Origin: Malacoraja senta
Lineage: Eukaryota
Direction of reading: 5' to 3'
DNA length: 64,000 nucleotides
Assembly: GCA_038087875.1 (NCBI GenBank)
Contig: CM075993.1
Location: 9,674,001-9,738,000 of the forward strand
The notes below the pieces were generated by a model. That model was not told the origin of the DNA and did not search any database. It saw only the letters and a program-made list of their open reading frames with translations. Position 1 is the stretch's first letter. Each line of letters opens with the position of its first letter. Positions 37,801-52,800 of the stretch are shown piece by piece. A program made the translations under genes and the position numbers.

Positions 37801-40800
37801 GTATAATTCTTTCCTTTAGCTATATTACATTTACCTTTGGAAAAAATAGACAAACTATAGATGCTGGAAAAATTAAACAAACTTAAAATTCTGGAAATAC
37901 TCAGCATGTCAGGCTGCATCTGCGGAAAGAGAGTTAATATTTCAGGTTGAAGAGGTTAATAAAGGATCGTTGTCTTGTAACTCTGACTGTTCCTCTTCGC
38001 AGTCGTGGCCTGACCTGCTTACAGCATTTTGTTTTGACTTCCCTTTTACCACTGTCGGGACCTGGCTGATCAGTACATAAATTCACAGATCATTGCAGCT
38101 GTATAAGATGCAGCTGCAGAACACCACTGGAGATCCATTTTCCCTGTGACTATCAAACTGTACAACTGCTCCCCCTTGTGTTGTGGGGTAGAATGACTCC
38201 CTCCCCTTCACCCCCCCACCCCCCCCAATCTTTGCACATCCCCAATCCTGGACATTCCACTCGTCTTTTTAATTTCATGTATGTTACACAATAGACAATA
38301 GGTGCAGGAGTAGGCCATTTGGCCCTTCGAGCCACCACCGCCATTCATGTGATCATGGCTGATCTTCCCCAATCAGTACCCCGTTCCTGCCTTCTCCCCA
38401 TATCCCCTGACTCCGCTATCTTTAAGAGCCCTATCTAGCTCTCTCTTGAAACTATCCAGAGAACCGGCCTCCACCGCCCTCTGAGGCAGAGAATTCCACA
38501 GACTCACCACTCTCTTGTTACGTTTTACGACTGTTGGCAGACCAATTTCCCTCCTGGGATAAATATTCTATCGTATGGTATAGGATTTTGGTTAGGCCGC
38601 ATTTGGAATATTGCGTGCAGTCCTGGTCGCCCCGTTACAGGAAAAATGTGGAGGTTTTGGAGAGGGTGCCAGAGGACGTTCACCAGAATCCAGCCTGGTT
38701 TAGAGGGTTTCAGCTACGGGGAGAGGTTGCATAGACCTGGATAGTTTCTCCAGAATGTCAGAAGTTGAGACTTGATAGAAGTATGTAAAATTATGAGGGG
38801 TAGACAGTCAGAACCTATTTCCAGGGTGAAATGCCCAACACTAGAGGCCATAGCTAGAGGTGAGAGGGGGGGATTTTAATGGCGTTTCCGGAGGCAGTTT
38901 TTTTACTACACAAAATAGTAGGGGCCTGGAACGCATTGTTAGGGGTGGTGATAGTGGTGTTTAAGAGGCCCTTAGATAGGCACAGGCATGTGCAGGGAAT
39001 AGTGGGATATAGATCATGAACAGGCAGATGAGATCTGTTTAACTTGGCATCATTTCAGAACAAACATTGTGGGCCGAAGGGCCTGTTCCTGTACTGTTCT
39101 GTTCTATGTATCATGTACCAGGTCAGAGGGAGGCTTACACTTGTTGATTGGACCCAAGCGCTTCAGCATCTTAATAGAAGGACGTGTACCTTAATATTCC
39201 GTATTAATAGAATGTAAATCTAACATCCCTAGTGAGAATTAGACTAAGTGGGACCCATTAGGTCCCTGTCACACAGGAGGCTTGGTCCCCCAACGCAATA
39301 TTCCACCACTCACCCATAGCCCCCAACTGCACAGCGCAGCTGATTTCCCCTCATCCCAAGCACTCTCTTCACCCTCTTCTTTCCCCTCTCCTCCTCCCCA
39401 ATCCCTCCCTCACCTCTTTCCCTCTCCTTTCCCCTACCCTGTCCCTCCCTCCATAACTCCTCTCCCCTCCCTACCCCCCACCTCTCACCTTCCCCTATCC
39501 CCCACACTATCCCATCTCACCTCCCCCACTGCCCTCCTCTCCCTCTATTCCCCACTCCCTACCTCCTCTACTCCCCCCCCCCCTCCACCTTAAGGTTATG
39601 AGTGAGGAGACCAGTGACACGAGAGCACCTACCCAAGGCTGTGGAGATAAGGCAGCACACCGCTGGCATTCATGTAATACGTCACCATCCCACTGCCAGG
39701 CGACAAGCTGGTTTTAATGTAAGGTTTTACAGATAGGCCCGCTTCAATGGCCTTTTTAGCCAGCAAACCTGGAGGAAATATTTGAACATTCGTCAGAACC
39801 CTTTATAATAACAGGCAAATTAATGCATGAGCAAACCTCTAAAGACGTACAATAGGGAAGTTGAACTCTCTTTACAAGCTCAGAGACACAAATGGACAGA
39901 GCAGTGTCGTTGCCTGTCTTTGTCAGTCAGGGCTATTGAGTCGGGGTTATGTCTGCGCCTGGGTGATACTAGAGAGGGACTCTACGCGCTGTCCACAGGC
40001 GCCCTGGGGGATTTCCGGGACCGCTGGGCACTGCCGGGGGTGGAATGCATCCTTAATAAGGATGATGAGATAGTTGTATAATAGTATATTTAGTATTAAA
40101 GAATATTTGTTTGACTTGTGTTATGGCGGTGGGTTTTGTTTTGATTTATTTCGTACTGTACATATTTTCGTAAATAATTGAATACATTATTTTTGGTCTA
40201 AAGAAAGGGTTATTGAGTACCGAAGTGGGGGCGTCACAGTACAGCCGTACTCAATATCGGGAAGGCCACATTCGGAGTGCTGTGTACAGCTCTGGTTGTC
40301 CTGCTCCAAGAAGAATGTCATTAAACTGGAAAAGGCACAAAAAAGATTTATAACCATTTGACTGGATCAGAAGGTTTGAGGCTGGATAAGGTGGGTCCTT
40401 ATTTCCTGGAGTAAACTTACAAAATCAGATGTTTACAAAATCACAAGGGGGAAGATGAAATGAATAATCACAGTTGATTTTTTTAGGAAAGGGAAGTCTA
40501 AAATTAGAGGGCACAGGTTTAAGGCTGGAGGGGAAAGATTTAAAAGGGACCGCAGGCAGTCTTTTCCACACAGAGGGTGGCTGGTCAGTTCAGTTCAGTT
40601 TATTTTCATGTGTACCGAGGTATAGTAAAAAGGTCTTGTTGCGTGCTTTCAAGTCAGCAGAAAGACAATACATGATTACAATATTTGTGGAATTCCCAGA
40701 GGGCCGTGGAGGCCAAATCACTGAATGGATTTAAGAGAGAGTTAGATAGAGCTCTAGGGGCTAGTGGAATCAAGGGATATGGGGAGAAGGCAGGCACGGG

Positions 40801-43800
40801 TTATTGATTTGGGACGATCAGCAATGATCACAATAAATGGCGGTGCTGGCTTAAAGGGCCGAATGGCCTCCTGCACCTCCTGCATTTCTATGTTTCTGTG
40901 TGCCATTAGTGTATAGATACATGATAAGGGAATAACGTTCAGTGCAAGATAAAGCCAGCAAAGTCTGATTATGGATTGTCTGAGGATCATCAATGAGGTA
41001 GATAGTAGTTCAGCACTACTCTCTAGTTGTTGAAAGGATGATTCAGTTGCCTGATAACAGCTGGCAAGAAACTGCCCCTGAATCTGGAGGTGAGGTTTTC
41101 ACACGTATACCTTTTGCAGAGGATATGGAACGATCTGCTAGAGGAAGAGGTAAAGGTGGGTGCAATTACAACATTTCAAAGACACTTAGACAAGCACATG
41201 GTTAGGAAAGGATTGAAGGGATATGGACTGGACATAGTCAGCTGAGACTATCACAGCCAGGCAGCTCGGTCAGCATGGATGGGTTGTGCCGAATGACTCT
41301 TGGCACTTCTTGAATTGTGCAGTCATAGGATAGAGGAGCCTTGCAGACAGCTGAATCTGCACCTCTTTTATATAGGTGCAATCTAATGAGATCCATTCCT
41401 TTGTAATTTCCTTTCTGTATTTTTTGTCGACACAGAATTTTAAAGCTTCCTATTGAGTCCTTGTCCAGAACATAAATAGGTGGCACTTTTCAAGTACTAA
41501 CCACTTGCTGCGTGAATGAGATCCTCACTTCACCTCTGATCCTTTCACTAGTCACTAAATCTGTGGTCCTCTGGTCAGCAATCCCTTAGCCGGTGGAAAT
41601 AAGTCTTTCTTTATTTATGCCATCTAAATGTCTGACAAACCTCTCAATCTTTTCTTCTCTAAGGAGCATAACGCACTTCACCAGAAGGTCCATGTTACTG
41701 TAATCTTTCATCCCCAAAAACATTTCTCCCCCTCCCCAAGCTGCCAGATCGCTCCCAGTGAGCAAACGGGATAGGACACTGCAGGTAAGGTCTAACCAAT
41801 GGTCGATATAGATTTACCAGAACTTCCTGTATAAAGGCACAGAACCTCATGTTTGTTTAATTTGTGTCGTCACCAAATCTTCCCAGTCTCTGTTCTTCCA
41901 CCTACTTTAAAATTGTAAAATGTAATCTGTTTATTCTTCTGCTCAGCACACAGCACCAATTATTTTGCCTCTTCCTATTGAAGGAAACATCAGCTAACCG
42001 TTGCCCAGAACAAGGTCCCACAAACACTAGAGTAATACTGTATAACCTGTTGGACGAGAACACTAATTTGGTTCCCACTGGTTAGGATACTTTTCATATC
42101 TATGTTGAAGGTGTGGCCTTTTCATCAGGTTGACCTTAGTATAACAATAAAGTAACAGCAAAGATTTTATGTACACGGTCGTAGAACAGGCTCCACTACA
42201 TTTGACTCTGATCATAGAGTGCTACCCTCTGAGCCAAGCCTGATGTGCAAGGATTGTCTTTCAAAATCCAGCACTCTCTTGGGCTATTTATGTCCAGCAA
42301 CTGAATAGAACCATCTTGATGCCAAGATGAAAGGACACAAAGTGCTGAAGTAACTCAGCAAGTCAGGCAGCATCTCTGGAGAACATAGTTGGTGATGCTT
42401 TGGGTCAAGACAATGGCCATATGGTTCCATTCAGTTGCTAGCCAGTAATTACAATTACAGGAAAACTTCCCACAGACTGGAAATGTAAGTAGTTGGCCTC
42501 CAGGATGCCAAGTCTGTTGATTTGAGTTCTCAAGACTATAATGTTCAAGGCCCACAGAAATTGTATCTTATGTGACTGGTTAGCACACAACAAATGCTTT
42601 TCACTGTACCTAGGTACACGTAACAACAAACTAAACTCACTCTGGAATGTGTATCTGTGTTATGGATGGAGTCTGGGGTGGAGTGGGTACAAAACCAATT
42701 GATCTACCTGACCAGACCACACAAACATTTGCCTCTGCAGTCTTGATTTCGCCCATTTCCCAATATTTCTCTTCTCTGCTCACGCTAAACGTTCTCTGGC
42801 AACTTCAGAAAAACATCCCGGTTAGGCCCTCAAGTTCCAGGCTGTTGCTTTTCCAATGGATGGAGGGCAATTAGTCCAACTCATTTTACCATCAGGTGAC
42901 CCGAGCTCAGACTGAGGTGCTCAAGCTAAATGCAAACACGGGTAATCTTTGGCAACACCTTTTCCCCATTATAGGCGAAATTAAGAAATAGAGGGCATTG
43001 GTTTAAGGTGAGAGAGTAAAGATTTAATAGGAACTGAGAGGCAGGCTTCTCACACAGTGGTGGGTATATGGAACAAGCTGCCAGAGGAAGTAGTTGAGGC
43101 AGGTGCTATAACAGCATCTAAAAGCCATTTGGAAAGGTACATAGACAGGAAAGGTTTAGAGGGATATGGGCCAAATGCAGACAAATGGGACTCGTGTAGA
43201 TGGGGCATCTTGGTTGACATGGACCTGTTTGGACAAAGTGGCTGTTTCTCTGCTGTATGATGATGGCACTGAATCCCTAAGACAGTGATATACCAAGTGA
43301 AGAAATTATAATTTTATGCTGAATTAACTGGTCTAACCGTAAATACTTTACCTGCTGCGAGCATGACGGATGGGTTACAATTATTGGTACAGCTTATTAC
43401 CGCAGCAATTACAACAGAACCGTGGGCAAGGTTGTAATCTTTTCCCTCAAACTCAATGGCAACGACCTCTTTCTGCTTTTCTGGAAGAACCTGAAAGCCT
43501 TTAAAGCCAACCTGCAAATAAAATAAAATTTAGAATGCAGTTAGGAAGCCAACCAGGGTTAAAAGGGTCCAATATAATCTCCCCAAGCAAACTTCAATGA
43601 TGATAGACACAAAAAGCTGGAATAATTTAGCGGGTCAGTCAGCATCTCTGGAGAATAGGTCACGTTTCGGGTCGAGACCTTTCTTAATGATGTTTGTTGC
43701 AAAATGTTTATTCTCCAACCACTGCTGGTTCAGTCCGAGAACGAAGGGGGACCCGGCAGGCCTGGTTCGCCGCTGTGAGCAGAAGATAGGACTGTTCAGT

Positions 43801-46800
43801 GAACTTTATAAAACATTGTCGTTGCCAGATACATGGGGGCACTTGTGTGCTGCCTAGGTGAGGTCAGCTGTAAGATTTTACCGGGTTGTATGCAAAACAC
43901 AGCAATACACTGTACCTATTGTGACAATAAGTATCATTGAATCAGTCATCCCCGAAACTTGCCGATCCACAACTGGCTGTGCGGCTCAACAGTCAGGGAT
44001 CCTTCAGTAGCCAAATTAGCAATTAGTTGGTTTCAATACTAGCCAAAAGTGGGGAGGACATTGCTAGGCAAAATCCCGTTGTTACCAGATACCATGCCTA
44101 ACCCGAGGCTAGGGATAGCACTCCAGAGCAGCCAGAATAGAGATCAGCGAACCCTGCATACACTGATGGAGCTGGTGCTGTTCGTCAATGGGATTCAGTT
44201 ACTTTTACCACAAATATGATAAATTGCTGAGGAAGAGCAATCACAGTACGAGTCTCCAGCATTGTCACGGTGCGATTGGCATCCAGATTAGAAAGTCTAT
44301 CATTCAATTGATATGTAAAGCTAAAAGAAAAAAAAATTACCTGGGCTGTGATTCCCAAACTCACCCACTGTACAGGTACTGCTGTCAGGGTCAGAGTGAC
44401 AATCTCATCACGACAATAGTAGCAATTATTCAATAAATAATCTTTTTAAGGAGGAGATTGACACGTATTCTTGATTACTAAGTGTGTCAGGGCTTATGGC
44501 GAGAAGGCAGGAGAATGGGGTTGAGAGGGAAAGATAGATCAGCCATGATTGAATGGCAGAGTAGACTTGACGGGCCAAATGGCCTAATTCCACTTCTAGA
44601 ATTTATGAACTTATTTAATGGGAAAACATTTCAGTTACAGGAGAGTTTGGATTGAGTTCAGAGCTACTGCATCATCTAAATACAGTAAACTTCAATAATC
44701 CAAAACTTCGATCATCCAAAAATCCTGATGGGTTTGGCAATCGCTCACTAGTTATGCCTCTTCTGCGCACAAACTCCATACAAACAGCACCCATAGTGAG
44801 GATCGAACCTGGGTCTCTGGCACGATCAGGCAGCAACTCTACCGCTGTGCCACCTTTTGTCTGTGTGGTAACAAGCTCAATGACCATTTATCAATATTCG
44901 CAAAGTTGAAAATAACTCCAACTGGACATACCTTTTCACTCAAGCTGTTCTGGAAATCTTTCTTCATATTGGTGACCACAACTCTGTCTTGTGGTCGTTT
45001 TGGACCGCTCACATATGGGGCAATAGCTGACAGATTTAATTCTATTACCTGAGGAACAGTCAGACATTGTACAACATTAGAATAAATTAACCAAGCAAGA
45101 ATAAAATAAACGTGTAGCCAAATCAGCACTTTACAACCTTCTAGACGACAGCATTATCTTCAGGCAATGAAGTTGTTTCTCAAGTGTCACTTCTTAGTGC
45201 TTCACAGTTTAGTCTATTTGGATTTGATGAATAGATTCTTGTTTCGGTTTTTGATTTTGTTTTATTATTGTCATTGAGATATAATTTAAAAAAATCTTGT
45301 AGTGCAAATAATTTTTAAAAATAGGTACGCAAAATACAAGTTAAACTATATTACAAAGAGGTTTACTGAGACTGCACCATGCTTGTCTCCTGATCAAAAT
45401 GAAGGCCGAGAGAGAGGAGGGGAGCAGATTTTTTTCCCCAGGACTGCGGGGGTGCAGTGGCAACAGGTATGTAGCTGCAGACTTTAAATTGACAAAGATG
45501 ATAGCAATCAAGAAAGCTGGTGATAGGCTGGGGCAGTAGGACTTCTGTTGAAATAAACCCATGATTTTTGTGAATGAAAGAGCAGTGTATTACTGCTTCC
45601 TCGGCAGCATGCAGTCCTGGGGCACCCAGTGTAAATTTAGTAGAAACAAGGAACTGCAGATGCTGGCTTATACCAAAACAAAGTGCTGGAGTAACACAGT
45701 GGGTTAGGCAGCATCTCTGAAAAAATAAAGGACCAGTGGCGTTTTGGGCCGGGACACTTCTTCAGACTAAAGAAAGGTCCCGACCCAAAACGTCACCCAT
45801 CCTTTTCTGCAGGGTTGCTGCCTGACCCGATGCGTTACTCCAGCACTTTGTCTATATTTCAATTACACAGTGCAGGTAAAAGAAAAAAAGGGCATTAGTG
45901 AGAGATAAAGTTGCAGAAATGGGCCGGAGGGGGGGGGGGGGGGGGGGGGGAGAGATGATTGAGGCAGCATTGGGAGCCAGAATCATCACAATTGGATGAA
46001 TGGCCTCCAATGTCACAATAAATAACCATGTATATGGTAGATCAACATACATTTGCAGCAGCATTCTACGCCCTTCTCTCTTTAATATTATACCCCTTAC
46101 ATTGCACCGTCTTGCTCTATGTATCAAAATCAATCACCTGTGAATACTCTGGGTCATCTGAAGGATTCTGATAGTCTCTGAATAGTTTCACAGCTTTTAA
46201 ATATGTTTCCACAGATTCAAGCTTCTTCTCAGCATAACCTGTTAAATGAAAAATTGTTTTAAATAAATTGTAGGAAAAAGAAATAAAAGTGATGAGCTTT
46301 AAATAATTCCACAAGTTCTCCAGCATTCCCAGACCTGTTTGTTTTAAGTGCCTTAAGGTGACATCATCGACTGGGAAGAAGCTCACGGTAGCACCATATT
46401 CAGGAGACATGTTTGCGATTGTTGTTCTGTCTGCCACAGATAACTGGGACACCCCTGGGCCAAAAAACTCCACAAACTTGCCCGAAACTCCAACCTGGCG
46501 AAGTTGCTGCAGGAAACAAATTGGAGGCAATGAATCCACGTCTCTCCTGGTTTATAAGCTGGCAAAGGTTACAAGAGATCGTTTTCAAAGTTTCACCCTA
46601 CCTTGGTTATACTTAAAACAACATCAATCGATGTAGCCAAAGAGTTTGTGGTCCCCACCAGCTTACAGCCGACGACCTCGGGCAAGGTCAGCGTGACCGG
46701 TTGACCCAACATGACCGCCTCACTTTCTATCCCGCCAACCCCTGGAAAACAAACCAATACATTCCTCAAGCAACCACGAGCAGGACAAGGCTAGTAGTTT

Positions 46801-49800
46801 AGTTTAGAGATACAGATCGGAAACAGGCTCTTCGGCCCACCGAGTCCACGCCGACCACCGATCCCCGCACACTAACGCTATCCTATACACACTGGGGACA
46901 ATTAACAATTTTAGCAAGCCAATTAGCCCACAAACCTGTACGTCTTTGAAGTGTGGGAGGAAACCGGAGCACCTGGAGAAAACCCAAGCAGGTCACGGGG
47001 AGAACGTAGAAACTCCATACAGACAGCATCCCTAGTCAAGATTGAACCTGGGTCTCTGGCGCTATGAGGCAACAACTCTACCACTGCACCACCGTACCAC
47101 TCTCTTTTATGGTATTTATGGTAGTTCTAGAAAATCTTAAGTCTGAAGAAGGGTGCTGACCCGAAACGTCACCTCTTCATGCTCTCCAGGAGTGCTGCAT
47201 GACCCACTGAGTTACTCCAGCACGTTGTGTCTTCTTTTGTAAAACAGTATCTGCAGTTCCTTGTGTCTCCCTTAAATAGAGCACTTTGCTTGCATCTGCC
47301 TATATGCTTGTATGCATCTTCAGCAGATACAGTTTAGTCAAATCTATCAAACACTCCACCTAATGTAAGGAGTCAATTTTCCACCCAATCATTAAATATC
47401 ACATTGCATGAGCCGAAAGATACACTACACATGCACGTATGCATGCACGCACACATACCCTTTCCTTTAAATCTCTTAGAACATTGGAATCAAACAATTA
47501 TTGGTGATTGCTCCATCTTAGCCAACGAATGATTGAAAAATTCATTCAGATTTGTTCCATAATGCAGGGAATTGAGGGATCACATACAGGCAGGGTGATT
47601 AGTTTAACCTGGCATTATGTTCAGCACAGACATTATGGGCTGAAGGGTCTTACCCTTCGTTGAACGATTGCAGGCTAATCTACAAAAATTGCAACCTATA
47701 CATTATTATTTAAATTAGGTAAAGAGGTAGTATTTTAAAAAATACACTTTCTTCTGAATTTTTCTAAGACTCATTTTAAACTAGTGACCAATTGAGGCTC
47801 ATGAAAGAAGTATAAAATAACTTCAGCATCCAAGGATGGGAGTCGGAAGAAGGGTCATCTATCCACGTTCTCCAGAGATGCTGCCGGACCCGCTGGGTTA
47901 CTCCAGCACTTTGTGCCATTTTACGGGATTCTACTATTGGGTTGGTTCTGCTCTTTACAAACCATGTATCATGCGAGGGTGTTACAATTCTGAAAACGAA
48001 GATTCAAAAAGAAATGTACGACAAATAAAGAACAGAAATACTAATTAGAGAAATCACCCATTATAGCAGACTGCACATTGAGTTTAAAATAAATATTACC
48101 AAAACACTGCAAATTACTGGGTGCAGCAAATTACTGGGCCCGAAACGTTGCCTATTTCCTTCGGTCCATAGATGCTGCTGCACCCGCTGAGTTTCTCCAG
48201 CATTTTTGTCTACCTTCGATTTTCCAGCATCTGCAGTTCCTTCTTAAACGCTGCAAATTACTAACATGTTCAGTTTTTTGTTCTCGGTACCACTTCAGGT
48301 GAATGTTTGCTTTTAGCTTCATGATTTAAGTGATAAAAAACAATCGAGGTGCAAAGGATGAGTGAAGTCAGCTCTCTACTCACCCCATCCAAGGATACCG
48401 AGGCCATTCACCATTGTTGTGTGGGAATCAGTTCCCACCACACTGTCGGGATAGCAAACCCCTCCGAGGTCAAATACCATGCGGGACAGGTACTCGAGGT
48501 TGACCTGGTGGACTATCCCACTCCCTGGCGGTACCACAGTAACATTTGGAAAGACTTGGGAAGCCCACTGAATCAAAAAAGTAGACCATGGGAAAGGGGG
48601 AAAAAAAAAACGTTTAAAATTAAAACTATAGAAACCATCCCTTCTTTTAACATAACATTTTTCTTGCCATTTCTGTCATTCATCTGAATGCTCCAGGCTT
48701 TGGTTTGCATTTTTGCTTTTTCACTGTTCATACCACATTTCTGAAAATATTCTAAAACTCCTTAACTTGCTGTTACACCCTAATGTTGCTGTGTTCCAGA
48801 GTTGAGCGTTCGTTAGTGCAACACGGTGAATGTTTGTAGTTTAGAAATACAGCATGTTTTAGAGATGCAGCATGGAAACGGGCCCTTTGGCACACTGAGT
48901 CCACATCGATCATCACCCATTCACACTAGTCCTACAATGCCCTCCATAATGTTTGGAACATAAGACCCATCATTTATTTATTTGCCTCTGTAATTTGAGA
49001 TTTGGAATAGAAAAAAAGCACATGGTTAAAGTGCACATTGTCAGATTTTATTAAATGCCATTTTTATACATTTTGGTTACATCACGTAGAAATTACAGCT
49101 GTGTTTATACATAGTCCCCCCCCCCCCCCCCTCCACCCATTTAAGGGCACCATAATGTTTGGGACACATGGCTTCACAGGCGTTTGTAATTGCTCAGGTG
49201 TGTTTAATTGCCTCCATAATGCAGGTATAAGAGAGCTCTCAGCACCTAGTCTTTACTCAGTCTTTGCATCACCTTTGGAAACTTTTATTTGGAAACTAAT
49301 CGCAAAGGGACTGGCAGGCCAAGGAAGACCTCCACAGCTGATGACAGAAGAATTCTCTCTATAATAAGGAAACATCTCCAAACACCTGTCCAACTGATCA
49401 GAACACTCTTCAGGAGTCAGGTGTGGATTTGTCAATGACCACTGTCTGCAGAAGATTTCATGAACGGAAATACAGAGGCTACACTGCAAAATGCAAACCA
49501 ATGGTTAGCCGCAAAAATAGGATAGCGAGGGTTACAGTTTGCCAAGAAGTACTTAAAAGAGCAATCACAGTTCTGGAAAAATGGTCTTGTGGACAGATGA
49601 GACGAAGATCAACTTATATCAGAGTGATGGCAAGAGCAAAGTATGGAGGAGAGAAGGAACTGCCCAAGATCCAAAGCATACCACCTCATCTGTGAAACAC
49701 AGTGGGGGTGGTGTTATGGCCTGGCATGTATGGCTGCTGAATGTACTGGCTCACTTATCTTCATTGATGATACAACTGCTGATGGTAGTAGTATAATGAA

Positions 49801-52800
49801 TTCTGAAGTGTATAGACACATCCTATCTGCTCAAGTTCAAACAAATGCCTCAAAATTCATAGGCCGGCAGTTCATTCTACAGCAAAAAATGATTCCAAAC
49901 ATACTGCTAAAGCAACAAAGGAGTTTTTCAAAGATAAAAAATGGTCAATTCTTGAGTGGCCAAGTCAATCACCCGACCTGAACTCAATTGAGTAAACCTT
50001 TTATATGCTGAAGAGAAAACTGAAGGGGACTAGCCCCCAAAACAAGCATTAGCCAAAGATGGCTGCAATACAGGTCTGGCAGAGCATCACCAGAGAAGAC
50101 ACCCAGCAACTGGTGATGTCCATGATTCGCAGGCTTCAAGCAGTCATTGCATGCAAAGGATATGCAACAAAATACTAAACATGACTACTTTCATTTACAT
50201 GACATTGCTGTGTCCCAAACATTATGGTGCCCAGAAATGGGGGGGGACTATGTATAAACACTGCTGTAATTTCTACATTCTGAAGCCAAAATGTATAAAA
50301 ATACCGTTTAATAAAATCTGACAATGTGCACTTTAACCACATGATTTTTTTCTACTACAAATCTCAAATTGTGGAGTACAGAGGTAAATAAATAAATGAT
50401 GGGTTTTTGTCCCGAACATTATGGAGGGCACTGTATGTTATCTCACTTTCCACTCCCTACACTGAGGCAATTTGTTCTCCAACTCTTACAGAGCAGTCAC
50501 TAAGTGTGGAAGCAGCAACCCGTGGTTCTCGAGTTGTGTGCGGCCCCATGAGGATGCATTTGTGGCTCCCTTGTCACTAACCCCGTACTCCACAACCCAG
50601 CACGTGGTGTTGGGTGCAGGTCTGTCACTGAATGACACTGAGCACTGGGGGCTTGGGAGTGTTACCACATAACACTGACGTACTCTACATATGGGGGGTA
50701 GGTCTGCTGCTGTATTGGGGCAGAGCTAGGCACAAAGGAACTTATACTTGAAACGATGCACAAAAGCCACAAGATGTTCAATATAAAGGCTCACCTTAAG
50801 AAACTGTAGCCGTTCTTTATTTCTGTTGAATTCCATTTCTTGGCCCTTTAGTAATGCTTCTGGTCTAAAGAAAACAAATAATAACAATTCACAAAATATA
50901 TTGCAATTAAAATGTAGTTATATAAACTGCAATAATGACATGGAACAAATATTAACTGGACACAAACTAAAGACATTTATTTGTCTTTGGTCGCAGGTTG
51001 GAATGTGGGGACAGGAGTGTTTATCCTGTGATTGCTCCAATATTCAGCGATTGTTACTGATCTGTGATCTCACATCATACACCCATCTTTGCCCCATGTT
51101 TCCTGAAACCTCTGATCGACTGAAATGTATCAGATCTGGTAACCAACCTAGCGTCCACAGCTGATTATGGACCAGTGTGCTGCACTCTTTATCACCTCAT
51201 GCAGCATCTTCTAGTTTCACATCTAAAACTGATGGTTCTAATGTTTTCTCAAGCCAAGCCTCACAGTTTTGGATTCCCAACTAAAGCGAATGGTTTTTCT
51301 TCACCCACCATATTATTTTTCTCCGTTACGACGGGTCGGCACTGTGGTGCAGCGGAAGAGCTGCTGCCTTACAGCACCAGAAGCCCGGTTCAATCCTGAG
51401 AACGGGTGCTGTCTGAACAGAGCAATCCTGAGTACAGATGCTGTCTGTACGTTCTCCCTGTGACCGCATGGGATGTCTCCTAGTTTCCTCCCACACTCCA
51501 AAGATGTACAGGTTTGCAGGTTAATTGGCTTTGGTAAAATTGTAAATTGTCCCTAGTGTGTAGGATAGTGTTAGTGTACGGGGTGATCGCTGGTCGACGT
51601 GGAGTCGATGGGCTGAGTTGGATATAGCTTTTAGGGTAAACGGAATCAAGGGAGAAGGGGAGGAAGCAGGAACGGGGTACTGTTTTTGGATGATCAGCCA
51701 TGATCATATTGAATGGCAGTGCTGGCTCGAAGGGCCGAATGGCCTACGCCTGCACATATTTTCTAAATTTCTATGATCCCGTGCTGTATCTCTAAAGTCA
51801 AAAGTCTAAATACCTCAAAACTATATCACCCTTTCATTTCCTAAATTGTAGGGAATACAATCCAAAACTGAATAAAATTCAGCCATGATTTAATCTCAAA
51901 CTTGGTATCATTCTAGTAAAGAGAATCCGAGGAAGAGACCTGACCTGAAATGTCATCTGTCCGTTCACTCCCACATGCTGCCTGACCCGCTCAGGTCCTC
52001 AAGCACTGTGTTTTGATCATTCTAGTAAATCTCTACTCGTCTCCTCCAAGGCAAACGCATTATGTGGCATCTAGATTAGCACTAAGTACACCAGAAGTGG
52101 TCTAATCGGAGCACACAGCACAATTACCCACACCTTGTTTGCTAGCCCTCTAGAGACCAAGGCCAGTATTTCATTATCTATTTTGTGTGTACGACAGACA
52201 TCAAGAGATGGGCACAGACCATCCCTCCCACTTCCTTTCTCTCAAACAGGGGAAAGGAGGTACTGAAACAATACTAAACAATAACGTATACTTCAAAGCC
52301 AGCACTTAGTTTATTTTATTTTAGGAATACAGCATGGAATAAATCCTATGGCCCACAGAGTCCACACCAACCATCGATCACGCGTCACACTAGTTCTATA
52401 TTTTCCCACTTCCTCATCCACTCCCGACACATTGGGGCAATGTTTACCGAGGCCAATTAACCTACAAACACGCACGTCTTTGGGATGTAGGAGGAGGTTA
52501 GAGCACCTGGAGGAAACCCACATGGTCATGGGTGACGTGCAAGTTCCACACAGACAGCACACAAGGTCAGGATCAAAGCGGGGTCTCGGGCGTTGCGAGG
52601 CGGCAGCTCTACCCGCTGCGCCACTGTGCCGCCCCTTCTAACTTCCAACAATATTGAAAAAACTGAAGCAAACGCCGTACTCAGCCACAGGTTGCAGGTG
52701 GAAAGGGCAGAGCAAGGGAGTGCTCTCTATTTCTGCGCCGCGAGATCCCAGGGACATGGACCCTGCCTCCCTGTGGCATGAACTGAAACAGCCGCGGAAG

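Noticed and set aside
39340..39595. Pro/Ser-rich ORF 39282-39593
   Set aside because: Translation of a pyrimidine-rich low-complexity tract in a degenerate repeat.
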